Positions 1 to 10,223 of a stretch of 64,000 nt of DNA are shown here, one piece after another (the stretch's first letter is position 1; the number at the start of each line of letters is the position of its first letter). The stretch spans positions 2,746,659 through 2,810,658 of the forward strand of contig CP065001.1 in NCBI GenBank assembly GCA_016700155.1, given 5' to 3'. This stretch comes from Ignavibacteriales bacterium (GTDB taxonomy: Bacteria > Bacteroidota > Ignavibacteria > Ignavibacteriales > Ignavibacteriaceae). Made by a program: the position numbers and the translations under genes. Below the pieces are notes generated by a model, which was given only the letters and a program-made list of their open reading frames with translations, had not been told where the DNA came from and made no database searches.

Positions 1-1
1 A

Positions 2-931
2 CCGGAAAAAGCTAATGACGGACTTGGTTATTATGATGGCGATCCTAATGCGAGATGGGCTTCAGAACCCATGCCCGAGTGGATTCAATTTGATCTGGGA
101 ACATCACGTGAAATTTGTCTTGCCCGACTTTCATTCTATAACTTTCAGTCAGGAAGAATTTATGAATTCACACTTCAGTCATCTATTGACGGCAACAGCT
201 GGTCACCAATACTGAATAATATTTTTTCTGTTGAAGAAGAATGGACTGTTGTTCAGTTTGCGCAAACTACTGCCAGGTATTTACGAATAATTTTTAACGG
301 AAATAATCAAAATACTTGGGCTAATCTGTGGGAAGGCGAAATGTGGGGACCTGATGGTGTATTCCCGGTTGAGTTATCATCGTTTACTGCTCAACTGCTA
401 CATAACAAAGTACAGCTTGATTGGTCAACGTCAACAGAAACGAATAACTATGGTTTCGAGATTCAAAGGAAAAATTCAGTTGATGAAAATTCCGACTGGG
501 TAAAGATAGGATTTGTCGAAGGCGCTGGCAACAGCAACAGTCTGAAAGTTTATTCGTTTGTTGATAATACACTATTACCAGGAACTTCTTACTACAGATT
601 GAAACAAGTCGACACAGACGGAAAATTTTCTTATACCGAGGAAATTGAAATCGTTAACGACATCCCATTGAGTTTTGAATTAAATCAGAATTATCCAAAT
701 CCTTTTAATCCATCTACTATAATAAAATTCTCTCTTCCTCAGGATATAGTTGTTAAACTAAGTGTATATAATATTCTTGGCGAATTGGTACAAACACTTG
801 TTGATCAACAAATGAAAGCGGGATATCATGAAATTACATTCAATGCTTCCGGACTTTCTTCAGGACATTATTTCTACAGAATAGAAACTGACCAATATGT
901 TGAAATTAAAAAGATGGTCCTGATCAAATAA
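2..931 (+). CDS. 5'-truncated secreted protein with an F5/8 type C (discoidin)-like N-terminal region and a T9SS (Por) C-terminal sorting domain
   Basis: The reading frame is open back to the window start, so the gene begins upstream. The motif 'WIQFDLG' is typical of discoidin domains. The C-terminal ~80 aa carry the 'NYPNPFNPST..KF' T9SS CTD signature. A hairpin terminator follows. Confidence 0.75.
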   Translation, partial: PEKANDGLGYYDGDPNARWASEPMPEWIQFDLGTSREICLARLSFYNFQSGRIYEFTLQSSIDGNSWSPILNNIFSVEEEWTVVQFAQTTARYLRIIFNGNNQNTWANLWEGEMWGPDGVFPVELSSFTAQLLHNKVQLDWSTSTETNNYGFEIQRKNSVDENSDWVKIGFVEGAGNSNSLKVYSFVDNTLLPGTSYYRLKQVDTDGKFSYTEEIEIVNDIPLSFELNQNYPNPFNPSTIIKFSLPQDIVVKLSVYNILGELVQTLVDQQMKAGYHEITFNASGLSSGHYFYRIETDQYVEIKKMVLIK

Positions 932-965
932 GCAACCAGTTACCGTGGTTGTTAGTGTAAAAAAA

Positions 966-991
966 GGCTGGATTGGATCCAGCCTTTTTTT
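966..991 (+). terminator. Rho-independent terminator (GGCTGGAT-tgg-ATCCAGCC followed by T7), preceded by an A-run, so potentially bidirectional
   Basis: Perfect 8-bp stem and a T-tract directly after the stop of the upstream CDS, read from the sequence. Confidence 0.7.
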
Positions 992-1475
992 ACATGTGGC
1001 TAATATTATTCAGAGTAATTTTTACAAAACCGGTAATTGTTATAGGAAATATTGAGTAATTCAGAGCTTTTTGGTCAATTATGCAGTGGCACGTTTATTA
1101 TGACTAATACAATGAAAGTATTGTAAACTGGACTAAACTTTCAAATACTTCTTTCGATAATGAATATGGAATAACGTATTCAGCGAGTCACCAAAATTAA
1201 ATAATGGTTAACTTAGGGAGTGTGCAAAATGTTAAACGTAAACAAAGTCCAGGCAGTTCAAAGCAGTCATCTTTTCAATTCAAATATACTTGCTGATTCA
1301 GCGATTGAACAAAACATAACAGGTTTTGAAGAGTATCGCCCATTTAGTTTGAGCCACCGAAAGCTTAGTTCAAAAGCAAAATTCAATTTCAGTATAGCTT
1401 ACTTCGTAGCTTTAACAGCAATGATATTTTTACTGTTTGCCTGAAAAAATAATTCGAGTAGTATTAGTATTCTGA

Positions 1476-1943
1476 TTAAAGTTTTTTAATTACTTTGGCT
1501 GGCACTCCGGCAACGATAGTATTGGCTGGAACACTCTTGGTCACAACAGCTCCCGCACCAACAATCGCATTTTCTCCAACCGTAACACCACACAAGATTG
1601 TAGAAGAAGATCCTATAGATGCACCTTTTTTTATGAAAGTTTCTTCAACTTTCCAATCAGATTCTGTCTGCATAGAACCATCAAGATTTGTGGCTCGCGG
1701 ATATTTGTCATTTATGAAAGTAACATTGTGTCCTATGAAAACATTATCTTCTATATGAACACCTTCACATATAAAAGTGTGAGAGGATATTTTACAATTC
1801 TTTCCAACGGTAGAGTTTTTTTGAATCTCTACAAAAGTTCCGACCTTTGAATAATCATCAATGGAACATCCATAAAGATTTACAAAATCAAATATTTTAA
1901 CTTCCTTACCTAATTTAACGTTGTTTATATTCTTTTTTTCCAC
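1476..1943 (-). CDS. Hexapeptide-repeat (left-handed beta-helix) sugar N-acetyltransferase, WbpD/PglD-like
   Basis: Repeated [LIV]GxxxxI hexapeptide pattern over ~155 aa. It sits next to a Gfo/Idh/MocA dehydrogenase and a phosphoglycosyltransferase. Confidence 0.7.
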   Translation of the reverse strand: MEKKNINNVKLGKEVKIFDFVNLYGCSIDDYSKVGTFVEIQKNSTVGKNCKISSHTFICEGVHIEDNVFIGHNVTFINDKYPRATNLDGSMQTESDWKVEETFIKKGASIGSSSTILCGVTVGENAIVGAGAVVTKSVPANTIVAGVPAKVIKKL

Positions 1944-2483
1944 TTAGTCTCCTGTAACAATATGTTGAGTATTAACTGTAATCTCTGAAAAAGATTTTCC
2001 GGTAAGTATAGTTCTTATCTCACCTTTAAAGTTCCATTCCAGAATTGGTTCTGATTTAAATGGTTTTGTCGATTTAATTCTTATTCGCCCTAGTTTCTTT
2101 GATGAAGTTGTTATCATTTCATTACCAGGAAATGAACCGAACGCAATTAATGGCAAGTCACCTGAACCATCAAAACTAAAAGCTGCATTTGGCAGAAGAG
2201 ATATTTCGGAACTGCCTTCTACATATGAACACGATAAAGAATCCGTTTCTTTCAATCTCTCCCAGACATAAAGAGCGCATTGATAAGATGTCAGTTCAAA
2301 TGAATCTTCATATGCTTGGATTAATAGATCGAATTCAAAAGTGTTTTGATCAACCAGTGAGGAGTTTGTAACAGACACACGATATTCAGGTTTTTGATCC
2401 TGGCTTTCAGAAAAAATTATTATTCCTGAAACCAGTCCGATTAATACTATGGTACTGAATATCAGGAGAAATTTATGCTTCAC
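1944..2483 (-). CDS. Hypothetical protein with N-terminal signal/anchor helix
   Basis: ORF with a hydrophobic N-terminus (LLIFSTIVLIGLVSGIIIF) and no recognisable motif. It lies within the sugar-modification module. Confidence 0.4.
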   Translation of the reverse strand: MKHKFLLIFSTIVLIGLVSGIIIFSESQDQKPEYRVSVTNSSLVDQNTFEFDLLIQAYEDSFELTSYQCALYVWERLKETDSLSCSYVEGSSEISLLPNAAFSFDGSGDLPLIAFGSFPGNEMITTSSKKLGRIRIKSTKPFKSEPILEWNFKGEIRTILTGKSFSEITVNTQHIVTGD

Positions 2484-2529
2484 TATAAAACCGGATATTA
2501 CGATTTGAATTATTTACCTGGTTAAATTT

Positions 2530-3549
2530 TTAGATAGAAACAAAATCAGAATTTATTTCTACCAGTTCACCTTTGTTCTTAATTGAAATATTACTCGCCT
2601 CCAGGATCTTTACAACCATAAGTCCGTCAACTCCGCTTGTCATCGGTTGTCTGTTCTCATCGATTGACTTGATGAATTCATCTGCAGCAAGAGCCAGAGC
2701 TTCTGTCTGAGCCACTTTTGGAGAATGCATATCCCCTATCCGATATTGAACTAATGCATCATATTTTTTTTCATCAGTATTAATTTCAACACCGGAGTCA
2801 TATACTTTTATCTTTTCAAAATTTTCCATGTCATCGAAGACTAACATTTTTTTGTCACCACCAATCATCATTCTTCTGATCTTGACAGGTGATGTCCAGT
2901 TAACATGAAAATGAGCGAAGCAGTTATCATCAAAGTAAACTGAAAGATGCGCAATATTTTCGTGTCCATTATAATTAGCTATTCCGGTTGCACAAACTCC
3001 TGTTACTTTATGATCGCTGATTACATAATTCATGATGGAGAGATCGTGAGGTGCCAGATCCCACATAACATTTACATCATTCTGAAATAATCCGAGATTA
3101 ACTCTGACGGAATCAAAGTAGAGTACTTTTCCGAGTTCGCCGCTTGAAACCAATTGTTTCATTTTTCTAACCGCGCCTGTGTAAATAAACGTGTGATCAA
3201 CAAAGATCTTCAGATTTTTTTTATCAGCGAGTTCAATCAGTTCTTCTGCCTGACGGGAGTTTGATGTAAATGGTTTCTCAACCCAGATATGTTTTCCGGA
3301 TTCAAGTGCTTTTTTTGCAAAATTGAAATGCGAATCAACAGGTGTTGCGATTACGATTGCATCTGCATCACCTTCAAATAATTCTGAACAATTATTTGTT
3401 AATTCTGTACTTGGAAATTTATCCTTAATAAATTTTAGTCTTTCGGGTCTTTGATCGCACCCAATTACTTTGGTTACATTTTTTTGTGCTAAAAAATTCC
3501 GCACAAGGTTCGGTCCCCAATAACCTAATCCCAGTACTCCAATTTTCAT
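2530..3549 (-). CDS. Gfo/Idh/MocA-family NAD(P)-dependent oxidoreductase (UDP-sugar dehydrogenase-like, WbpB-like)
   Basis: N-terminal Rossmann motif 'MKIGVLGLGYWGPN'. The 339-aa size and the acetyltransferase neighbour fit this family. Confidence 0.7.
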   Translation of the reverse strand: MKIGVLGLGYWGPNLVRNFLAQKNVTKVIGCDQRPERLKFIKDKFPSTELTNNCSELFEGDADAIVIATPVDSHFNFAKKALESGKHIWVEKPFTSNSRQAEELIELADKKNLKIFVDHTFIYTGAVRKMKQLVSSGELGKVLYFDSVRVNLGLFQNDVNVMWDLAPHDLSIMNYVISDHKVTGVCATGIANYNGHENIAHLSVYFDDNCFAHFHVNWTSPVKIRRMMIGGDKKMLVFDDMENFEKIKVYDSGVEINTDEKKYDALVQYRIGDMHSPKVAQTEALALAADEFIKSIDENRQPMTSGVDGLMVVKILEASNISIKNKGELVEINSDFVSI

Positions 3550-3612
3550 TTCCGCTTCTCCTTAATCCGCATATAATTATTGAAAATCATTCTGTGTATA
3601 CTTTTATAAAAT

Positions 3613-5067
3613 CTATTTACCGCCACGTGAAAAAAACATAGTTGGAATAGTTTGAAGTATCAATTGTAAATCAAACCAGGGCGACATATTATTTATGTAG
3701 TACAGATCCAGTACTACAGAATCTTTAAATGATACTGAACTGCGACCCCAAACCTGCCATACACCGGTACATCCGGGAATCACACTTACTCTTCGCTTTT
3801 GCCATTCGTCATAATTTTCATATTCGTAAGGTAAACATGGTCGCGGACCGACAAGACTCATATCGCCTTTTACTACGTTAAACAACTGAGGCAGTTCATC
3901 GAGTGAAGTCTTACGTATAAATTTTCCAATCCAGGTTATTCTGTTTGTGTTAATAATCTTTGAACCCTCGGCTGCAGAGTCGCCATTTTTCATAAACTCT
4001 AACATCTTCTTCATCCGTTCCTCGTCTTCGCCTTTACACACTGTCATAGAACGGAATTTATAAAACTTAAATGGCTTTCCATTTCTTCCTATACGTGTTT
4101 GAGAAAAGAAAACAGGTCCTGCTGAAGTTGTTTTGATAATCAGTGTAAGCATAATGAAAAGCGGGGAAAGAATTATCAAACCAATAATTGAAGCGAGAAT
4201 ATCACTCGCCCTTTTCATACCAAGTGTCAAACTATTATTATAATGCGGTGCTACATCAAGAACAGGAATATCCGCGTACTTTTCAGTTGAAACCTTGCGT
4301 GCAACAATGTCAAACATTTCTGAGGTAAGCCGAACTGTGACGTTAAGAGTTTTACAAAGGTCAAGTGTTTCTAGTAATTTGTCATAACCATCATTATCAA
4401 TTGCGACTAAAATCTCATCGATATTGTGCTCTTTTATAATTTCTCTTATTTCACTTATTCTTCCAAGAACCTTTTTGCCGCTTACAATTTCTTCTGCAAC
4501 TTCTTTATCATCATCAACAAAACCTATGATTTCCAAACCTATCGGATTTTCAAATAATAATTTTGTTGCTAATAACTTGCCGGCTTTTCCATCACCAATG
4601 ATTACAACATTCCTTTTAAACTGGTTGTTCTTTAACCTGATATACAAACCGCGAAGCAATTCGACGCGTACCAGATAAAGGAATGGAAGAGCAATTAGTA
4701 AAAATGTAAAAATGATTAATCTTGAATCAATTATGTTAGATGATTTGATAAGAAAAGAAACAAGAACAATATTTAATGCACCATAGTAAAGTGCTTTTAT
4801 TATTCCGGTAAAGTGTGAAGCTCTTGTAAGTATAACATTTATTCGGTAAAGACTGTTGAACTGAAAGATAAAAAGAAAAATGAATGATAAGAGCAGGCAA
4901 ATAAACAAGATTGGTTGTGAGACACTTAAGAAATCAACGAAAGAAAGATGTTCATCCATCCTTAGTAGATAAATCGAAATTACAAAAGAAAGAAAGATGA
5001 CGATAACATCCGCAATACTAAAAAAGTATTTATACTTAGGCGTTTTTTTCATGTTGATTATCTGCAT
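3613..5067 (-). CDS. Polyprenyl-phosphate sugar-1-phosphate transferase (WbaP/EpsB-type initiating phosphoglycosyltransferase)
   Basis: Five N-terminal TM helices and a central CoA-binding-like region. The C-terminal 'bacterial sugar transferase' signature reads 'KRASDI..SPLF..IK..SAGPVFFSQTRIGRNGKPFKFYKFRSM'. Confidence 0.8.
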   Translation of the reverse strand: MQIINMKKTPKYKYFFSIADVIVIFLSFVISIYLLRMDEHLSFVDFLSVSQPILFICLLLSFIFLFIFQFNSLYRINVILTRASHFTGIIKALYYGALNIVLVSFLIKSSNIIDSRLIIFTFLLIALPFLYLVRVELLRGLYIRLKNNQFKRNVVIIGDGKAGKLLATKLLFENPIGLEIIGFVDDDKEVAEEIVSGKKVLGRISEIREIIKEHNIDEILVAIDNDGYDKLLETLDLCKTLNVTVRLTSEMFDIVARKVSTEKYADIPVLDVAPHYNNSLTLGMKRASDILASIIGLIILSPLFIMLTLIIKTTSAGPVFFSQTRIGRNGKPFKFYKFRSMTVCKGEDEERMKKMLEFMKNGDSAAEGSKIINTNRITWIGKFIRKTSLDELPQLFNVVKGDMSLVGPRPCLPYEYENYDEWQKRRVSVIPGCTGVWQVWGRSSVSFKDSVVLDLYYINNMSPWFDLQLILQTIPTMFFSRGGK

Positions 5068-5644
5068 AGTTATTGTCTATTCACTTTAATTAAGAGCAAA
5101 AGATGTTGATTTGATTAAGACTAAAACTATGCCACACCAAAAGCATAACTGGCTGCGAATTAAACTAAAATTTATTTTAAATGTCAGTTCCATATTGAGA
5201 TTAGTTTCTTAAAAGAATCATTATATGACACGATTTTGTAACATTTTGTTAACTTTTTTTATATCAAATTAAAACTTTGAAGAAGAACAAAAATCCAAAA
5301 CTATAACATGACACTCATCGGATCATAACACAACAATCAGCATTCTCACTACGGAAACATCAACCAATCATTTTCTTTTATTTTTTTTGCGATGACTTCT
5401 AACTTGCCCACGCAAATTTAGAAAAGTTTTCTGAAATTAACTTATCATTTCAGTGTTAACGCAAAAAAAAAGTATCATTAATAAATTATTAAATCAAGCT
5501 TCCAATCGGACTTTCGATTTATACATGCATTTTTTGAATGTAGTAATTATGTGTACAATCAATACAGATATAAACTTGATTCTTTAAACCTCTTCGGTTA
5601 CGTTTAACGCATCATTTTTACAAAATTTTATTCAAGGCACTAAC

Positions 5645-6142
5645 ATGGCACAAAACCATTCCTTTGATATAGTATCAGAAATTGACCTGCAGGAAGCAGA
5701 TAATGCAGTTAACCAGGCTATCAAAGAAATACAACAGCGTTATGATTTAAAGGATTCTCTAACTGAAATAGAACTCAACAAAAAAGACAAACTCATAAAT
5801 ATTAATACCAAAGATGACTATTCTCTGAAAGCAAGTATTGATATACTTCAGACAAAATTTATTCGCAGAGGAATTTCCATCAAAGCACTTAAACTCGAAG
5901 AACCTGAAACCGCTGCTGGCGGAAGAATAAAACAAAGAATAACTCTTGTCAGCGGTATCTCAAAAGAAAACGCAAAACTGATCACCAAAATGATCAAAGA
6001 TTCAAAACTAAAAGTCAACGCACAAATTCAAGATGAACAGGTTCGCGTTCAAGCTCCAAAAATCGATGACCTTCAAGCTGTAATAAAACTTGTCAAAGAA
6101 GCTGAACTGAATTTTCCTACTCAGTTTGTAAACATGAAATAA
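5645..6142 (+). CDS. yajQ: YajQ-family (UPF0234) nucleotide / cyclic-di-GMP-binding protein
   Basis: The 165-aa length and the N-terminus 'MAQNHSFDIVSEIDLQEADNAVNQA' match the YajQ family. Confidence 0.75.
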   Translation: MAQNHSFDIVSEIDLQEADNAVNQAIKEIQQRYDLKDSLTEIELNKKDKLININTKDDYSLKASIDILQTKFIRRGISIKALKLEEPETAAGGRIKQRITLVSGISKENAKLITKMIKDSKLKVNAQIQDEQVRVQAPKIDDLQAVIKLVKEAELNFPTQFVNMK

Positions 6143-6450
6143 CTATGTGATCAATTGTCTACTGAAAGAACTTCACAATTCAAATAATTGAATAGCACTT
6201 CTCAGTTTTCAATTTCGCCTGAAAATGAATTCGTAGTATAGAATACATTTAGTGAACATTTGTTCACTACATATTTATTACTTTCCTGATTCAGATGCAA
6301 TAGCCACTCATTATTTATAAGAAATTAATTTTATCCAATATCGATTCGAATTAATCACTCCTGATGAATTTGAGTAAAGTGACGATTTCTAAATTGACTT
6401 ATTGCCAAAGTATTATAAATTTTGTTCTGAAAATATTTCATATAGTTATA

Positions 6451-6645
6451 ATGAGAACCGACGACGAAATGATCTGGAAGTGCCAGTACTGCGGTCGTGA
6501 AAACAGTGTTTGGATCGATTTAACAGTTAATGGAAAACAGGACTTTATAGAAGACTGTAGAATATGCTGCCGCCCCAACAGGGTAATAGTCACTGTTGAT
6601 GTTGATGATAATGTATTTATCGAATCCAGGTTAAGCGACGAATAA
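6451..6645 (+). CDS. Small CPxCG-motif cysteine-rich (zinc-ribbon) protein
   Basis: 'CQYCGRENSVWIDL...IEDCRICCRPNRV' gives a CxxC...CxxCC arrangement typical of the CPXCG small-protein family. The likely ATG is at 6451, inside the longer ORF-track entry 6364..6645. Confidence 0.55.
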   Translation: MRTDDEMIWKCQYCGRENSVWIDLTVNGKQDFIEDCRICCRPNRVIVTVDVDDNVFIESRLSDE

Positions 6646-6900
6646 TTCAATCGGCACTTCAACACACCGGATAAATAAAGGTGGATGATTTCAGCTATAC
6701 GAGCTGATTTGGAGAAACCTTTACATCATCTTTGGAATGTGCGGCAGTTAAAACCGCCCAGACTCCAATAAGCAAATTAAAAACGACTACCACAATAAAA
6801 AAGAGTCCAAGTAATTCTAAGAAGTTCATAAATACTCCTTTAGATTATTATATAGGTTACTTAATCCTGAACAACATATATCGAACTGTAAATAAAATTT

Positions 6901-8175
6901 TTAATCCATTATCATTCTTAAAAAGGAAGAACTGTCCTCTTCAAAGCTGTCTTCTTCCTCTTTCTTTTTTGCTTTTTCCCGCGACCAGCCATAACGTGAT
7001 GCATCAGGATTGAATCCGGTTTTAGGTGTTTCATCCTGATTTTCATCCAGCGATTGTTTTGGTAGTTTCACCCTGATAATTGTTGGCACATCCAGATTAT
7101 CTTTATCAACATCTTTTGCATCACCAAAATCAAAACCACCGTTGATTATATAACTGTCATTCGATTTTACAGTCTGCGGTTTAGAGTTCTTGGATGAATA
7201 AATCTGTTGTGTACCATCAAACCCTGTTGCAATAACAGTGTATGAAACGTAATCATTCATTTCTTCTTTTCTAACGCATCCGAAAATTACATTGGCTTCT
7301 TCTCCGGCAGCTTCAAAGATTACATTGTTACCTTCATTAATTTCCTGCATCGTAAGATTGTTCGAGCCGGTAACATTCAGCAATACACTCTTTGCGCCTT
7401 TAATGTTTATACCTTCAAGCAACGGACTTGAGATAGCTTTTTGGGCTGCTTCAATTGCTCTGTTCTCACCGCTTGCTATTCCGCATCCCATTAAGGCTTC
7501 ACCGCTCTGGTTCATAACCGAACGCACATCAGCGAAATCTACATTAATCAATCCTTCCACAGTGATGATATCAGCTATACCACGTGTTGCTTCGTAAAGA
7601 ACTTCATTTGGTTTATCGAAAGCTGTAAATGCATTAGTGTTTTTGTCAAGAATGCTTAACAGTCTTTCATTAGGAATAACAATTAAGCTATCAACATATT
7701 GCTTAAACTCCTGTATTCCCTGCTCAGCATTAAGCATTCTCTTTTTACCTTCCCAACGGAAAGGTTTTGTAACAATACCCACAACAAGAGAACCGATACT
7801 TTTTGCTATTGACGCTACAACAGGTGCACCGCCTGTTCCGGTACCGCCGCCCATACCGGCGGTTACGAAAACCATGTCGCTGCCCGCAAGTGCGTCAGCT
7901 ATACGTTCCCTGTCTTCTTCAATTGATTTTTTCCCAACATTAGGATCCGCACCGGCACCCAAACCTCTTGTTATTCCCGCGCCACATTGAATTTTATGTG
8001 TTGCGCTGCTGCTATTTAAAACCTGCGCATCAGTATTCACGGCAATGTACTCAACACCGGTGAGTCCGCGTGCAATCATACTTTCAATTGCATTGCATCC
8101 ACCGCCACCAACGCCAACAACTTTTAGTACAGCAGAAGATGGTCTCTCTCGGTCTATAGTTGCAAATCGCGACAT
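6901..8175 (-). CDS. ftsZ: Cell division GTPase FtsZ
   Basis: Tubulin signature 'VVGVGGGGCNAIESM' and 'GGGTGTG' motifs. A long disordered C-terminal linker ends in a conserved acidic tail. It is the last gene of the dcw cluster. Confidence 0.95.
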   Translation of the reverse strand: MSRFATIDRERPSSAVLKVVGVGGGGCNAIESMIARGLTGVEYIAVNTDAQVLNSSSATHKIQCGAGITRGLGAGADPNVGKKSIEEDRERIADALAGSDMVFVTAGMGGGTGTGGAPVVASIAKSIGSLVVGIVTKPFRWEGKKRMLNAEQGIQEFKQYVDSLIVIPNERLLSILDKNTNAFTAFDKPNEVLYEATRGIADIITVEGLINVDFADVRSVMNQSGEALMGCGIASGENRAIEAAQKAISSPLLEGINIKGAKSVLLNVTGSNNLTMQEINEGNNVIFEAAGEEANVIFGCVRKEEMNDYVSYTVIATGFDGTQQIYSSKNSKPQTVKSNDSYIINGGFDFGDAKDVDKDNLDVPTIIRVKLPKQSLDENQDETPKTGFNPDASRYGWSREKAKKKEEEDSFEEDSSSFLRMIMD

Positions 8176-8199
8176 AGGTCCTCCTTGTAATGGGTTTTA

Positions 8200-9450
8200 T
8201 TATAATTCATCAAAAAACTGTCTTACTTTTTTCATGACAAGTGAAAATTTGTTTTTACTTTTCGACTTGCTTTTCTTTATCAATATCTGGTAGTCACTTG
8301 ATTTACCGCCCGGTATACCGCGAATCAATCCGGCTACGGTAGCAAACTCAGGACTTTCAATTTCATTTGATAATCCTGTTCCAAGTTCCTGCGGCACACC
8401 AATCCGTGTGGGCAGTCCAAAAACATCTTCGGCAAGTTCCGTGCATCCTTTTAACAAAGAACCACCGCCCGTTAAAACTATTCCTGCTTTAATTTTGTTT
8501 TTGAATCCTGCACTTCGTATTTCATTATCAACTAAACTAAAAAGTTCCCGCATCCTTAAACTTATTATTTGAGTTAATAGGCTGATAGGAATTTTAGTAT
8601 TACCTCTCGCACCTACGCCTCTTATCAATATGTCTTCTTCTTTTATGATCGCACTTTCAGAAGCATAACCATATTCCTTTTTCAACATTTCTGCTTCATC
8701 AGTCACAACTCCGAGTGACTCACGTATATCATTAGTTACCTGGTTACCGGCAACGCCTATTACTTTTGAGTGTTTGATAGCTTTGTTGTGAAATATTGCA
8801 ATGTCAGTTGTTCCGCCGCCAATATCAATTAAAGCAACACCTAAATCTTTTTCACTCTCTTCAAGAACCGACGAGCTTGATGCAATTGGTTGAAGTATAT
8901 AATCTTTTACTTGAAGTCCCGCGCGCTCAACAGATTTTTTTATATTCTGGATTGCAGGTATAGAAGCAAGGACAATATGATTAGTTGCTTCGAGTCTTGA
9001 ACCTGACATCCCTATCGGGCTTTCAATACCTCCCTGGTGATCTACAGAATATTCTTCAGGAATTATGTGAAGTATTTGTCTGTCTGATGGAATTCTTATC
9101 GTTCTTACATCGGCTTCAAGTCTGTCAAGATCAGCTTTAGTAATTTCTTTATCTTCACTGCTTATGGTTACATAATTTCTGTGACGGATACTTGTTATAT
9201 GTTCACCGGCAACACCAACATTTACAACATTGATATCGAACCCGGCTCTGTTTGATGCGATTGATACTGCGGACTTAATTGCTTCGGCAGTTTTGCCTAT
9301 GTTGGCAACCAATCCTTTGTGCAAGCCTTCGGACGGCGCAACTCCGAATCCAAGAATATCTATTCTGTTTTGCTCATCATTTTTTTCTGCAATGACTGCA
9401 CAAACTTTTGTTGTTCCTAAATCAAGTCCGACCATTATCTCTTTTTTCAT
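8200..9450 (-). CDS. ftsA: Cell division protein FtsA
   Basis: Actin-fold N-terminus 'MVGLDLGTTKVCAVIAE', located between ftsQ and ftsZ. Confidence 0.9.
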   Translation of the reverse strand: MKKEIMVGLDLGTTKVCAVIAEKNDEQNRIDILGFGVAPSEGLHKGLVANIGKTAEAIKSAVSIASNRAGFDINVVNVGVAGEHITSIRHRNYVTISSEDKEITKADLDRLEADVRTIRIPSDRQILHIIPEEYSVDHQGGIESPIGMSGSRLEATNHIVLASIPAIQNIKKSVERAGLQVKDYILQPIASSSSVLEESEKDLGVALIDIGGGTTDIAIFHNKAIKHSKVIGVAGNQVTNDIRESLGVVTDEAEMLKKEYGYASESAIIKEEDILIRGVGARGNTKIPISLLTQIISLRMRELFSLVDNEIRSAGFKNKIKAGIVLTGGGSLLKGCTELAEDVFGLPTRIGVPQELGTGLSNEIESPEFATVAGLIRGIPGGKSSDYQILIKKSKSKSKNKFSLVMKKVRQFFDEL

Positions 9451-10223
9451 TCAACTGATTCCATATTATGTGACGCACCCAGATAAACAGCATTATCAAA
9501 TCTGAAATCCAGATACTCACTAACTGCAACAATATCCTGGTTGAGTGTACTCATAATAGCTTTAAGCGCCAGGATCTTTTTTGCTTCTTTGCCTCTTCCA
9601 AAAATTACAGGACTATTCAAACCACTAAAGGACAGTATAATATCGCCGCCTTTTCTAAGATTTATCTCCGAAAGTTTTTTTACAAGGTTATGATCTGTCA
9701 ACGCTGCTGCATCAATAATTTTAAATGCTTCAATTAATTCTTCAGTTCTTACAATTGCCTGTGGTTTTATTCCTTCATCATATTTCATATTATTTATAAC
9801 CGGCAGATCAACCGCTCTTGTGTTTACAAGTATCGGAAGAAGTTCAAACCTGTTTGTAATAAGAAACGGATCACTCCCGCCAATCAATAATGCTTTGATA
9901 GATTTTTCCTGAACATACGCTTTGATTTTTTTTGTGCCCTCAAATAATACATCCGCATTCTGTATGTACGGATGTTTTTCAAGCCTGTCTTTTACAATTG
10001 CTGGAGTAATATTTTTAAGCCTGCTCAATTCATTCAGTTTTGCAAAAGCGAGATAATCATTTTCTGAAAGAAGATTACAACCGGTTAACTCAATCACTTC
10101 TGCTTTTCCCTCATACTCTTTTTTTGCCGGAGATACTATCAAAATTATTAATAGCAAAATTAATACAGAAAGGATAACTCTTCCTAATTTTGATGAATTT
10201 CTTTTTTCGTTTTTATCTGTCAT
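9447..10223 (-). CDS. ftsQ: Cell division protein FtsQ/DivIB (POTRA domain)
   Basis: Single N-terminal TM helix, about 250 aa, located between murC and ftsA. Confidence 0.7.
   Translation of the reverse strand: MTDKNEKRNSSKLGRVILSVLILLLIILIVSPAKKEYEGKAEVIELTGCNLLSENDYLAFAKLNELSRLKNITPAIVKDRLEKHPYIQNADVLFEGTKKIKAYVQEKSIKALLIGGSDPFLITNRFELLPILVNTRAVDLPVINNMKYDEGIKPQAIVRTEELIEAFKIIDAAALTDHNLVKKLSEINLRKGGDIILSFSGLNSPVIFGRGKEAKKILALKAIMSTLNQDIVAVSEYLDFRFDNAVYLGASHNMESVE

Noticed and set aside
15-215. 66-aa ORF at the window start
   Set aside because: It is out of frame with, and overlapped by, the longer reading frame that stays open to nt 1 and carries a recognisable T9SS cargo protein. It is most likely spurious.
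1220-1444. 74-aa ORF in the 540-bp gap after the first T9SS gene
   Set aside because: It has no RBS or motif in an AT-rich intergenic region. It is probably non-coding and may hold promoters for the downstream minus-strand sugar module.
6732-7013. 93-aa plus-strand ORF at the 3' end of ftsZ
   Set aside because: It is low-complexity and overlaps the ftsZ C-terminus on the opposite strand. It has no motif or RBS.
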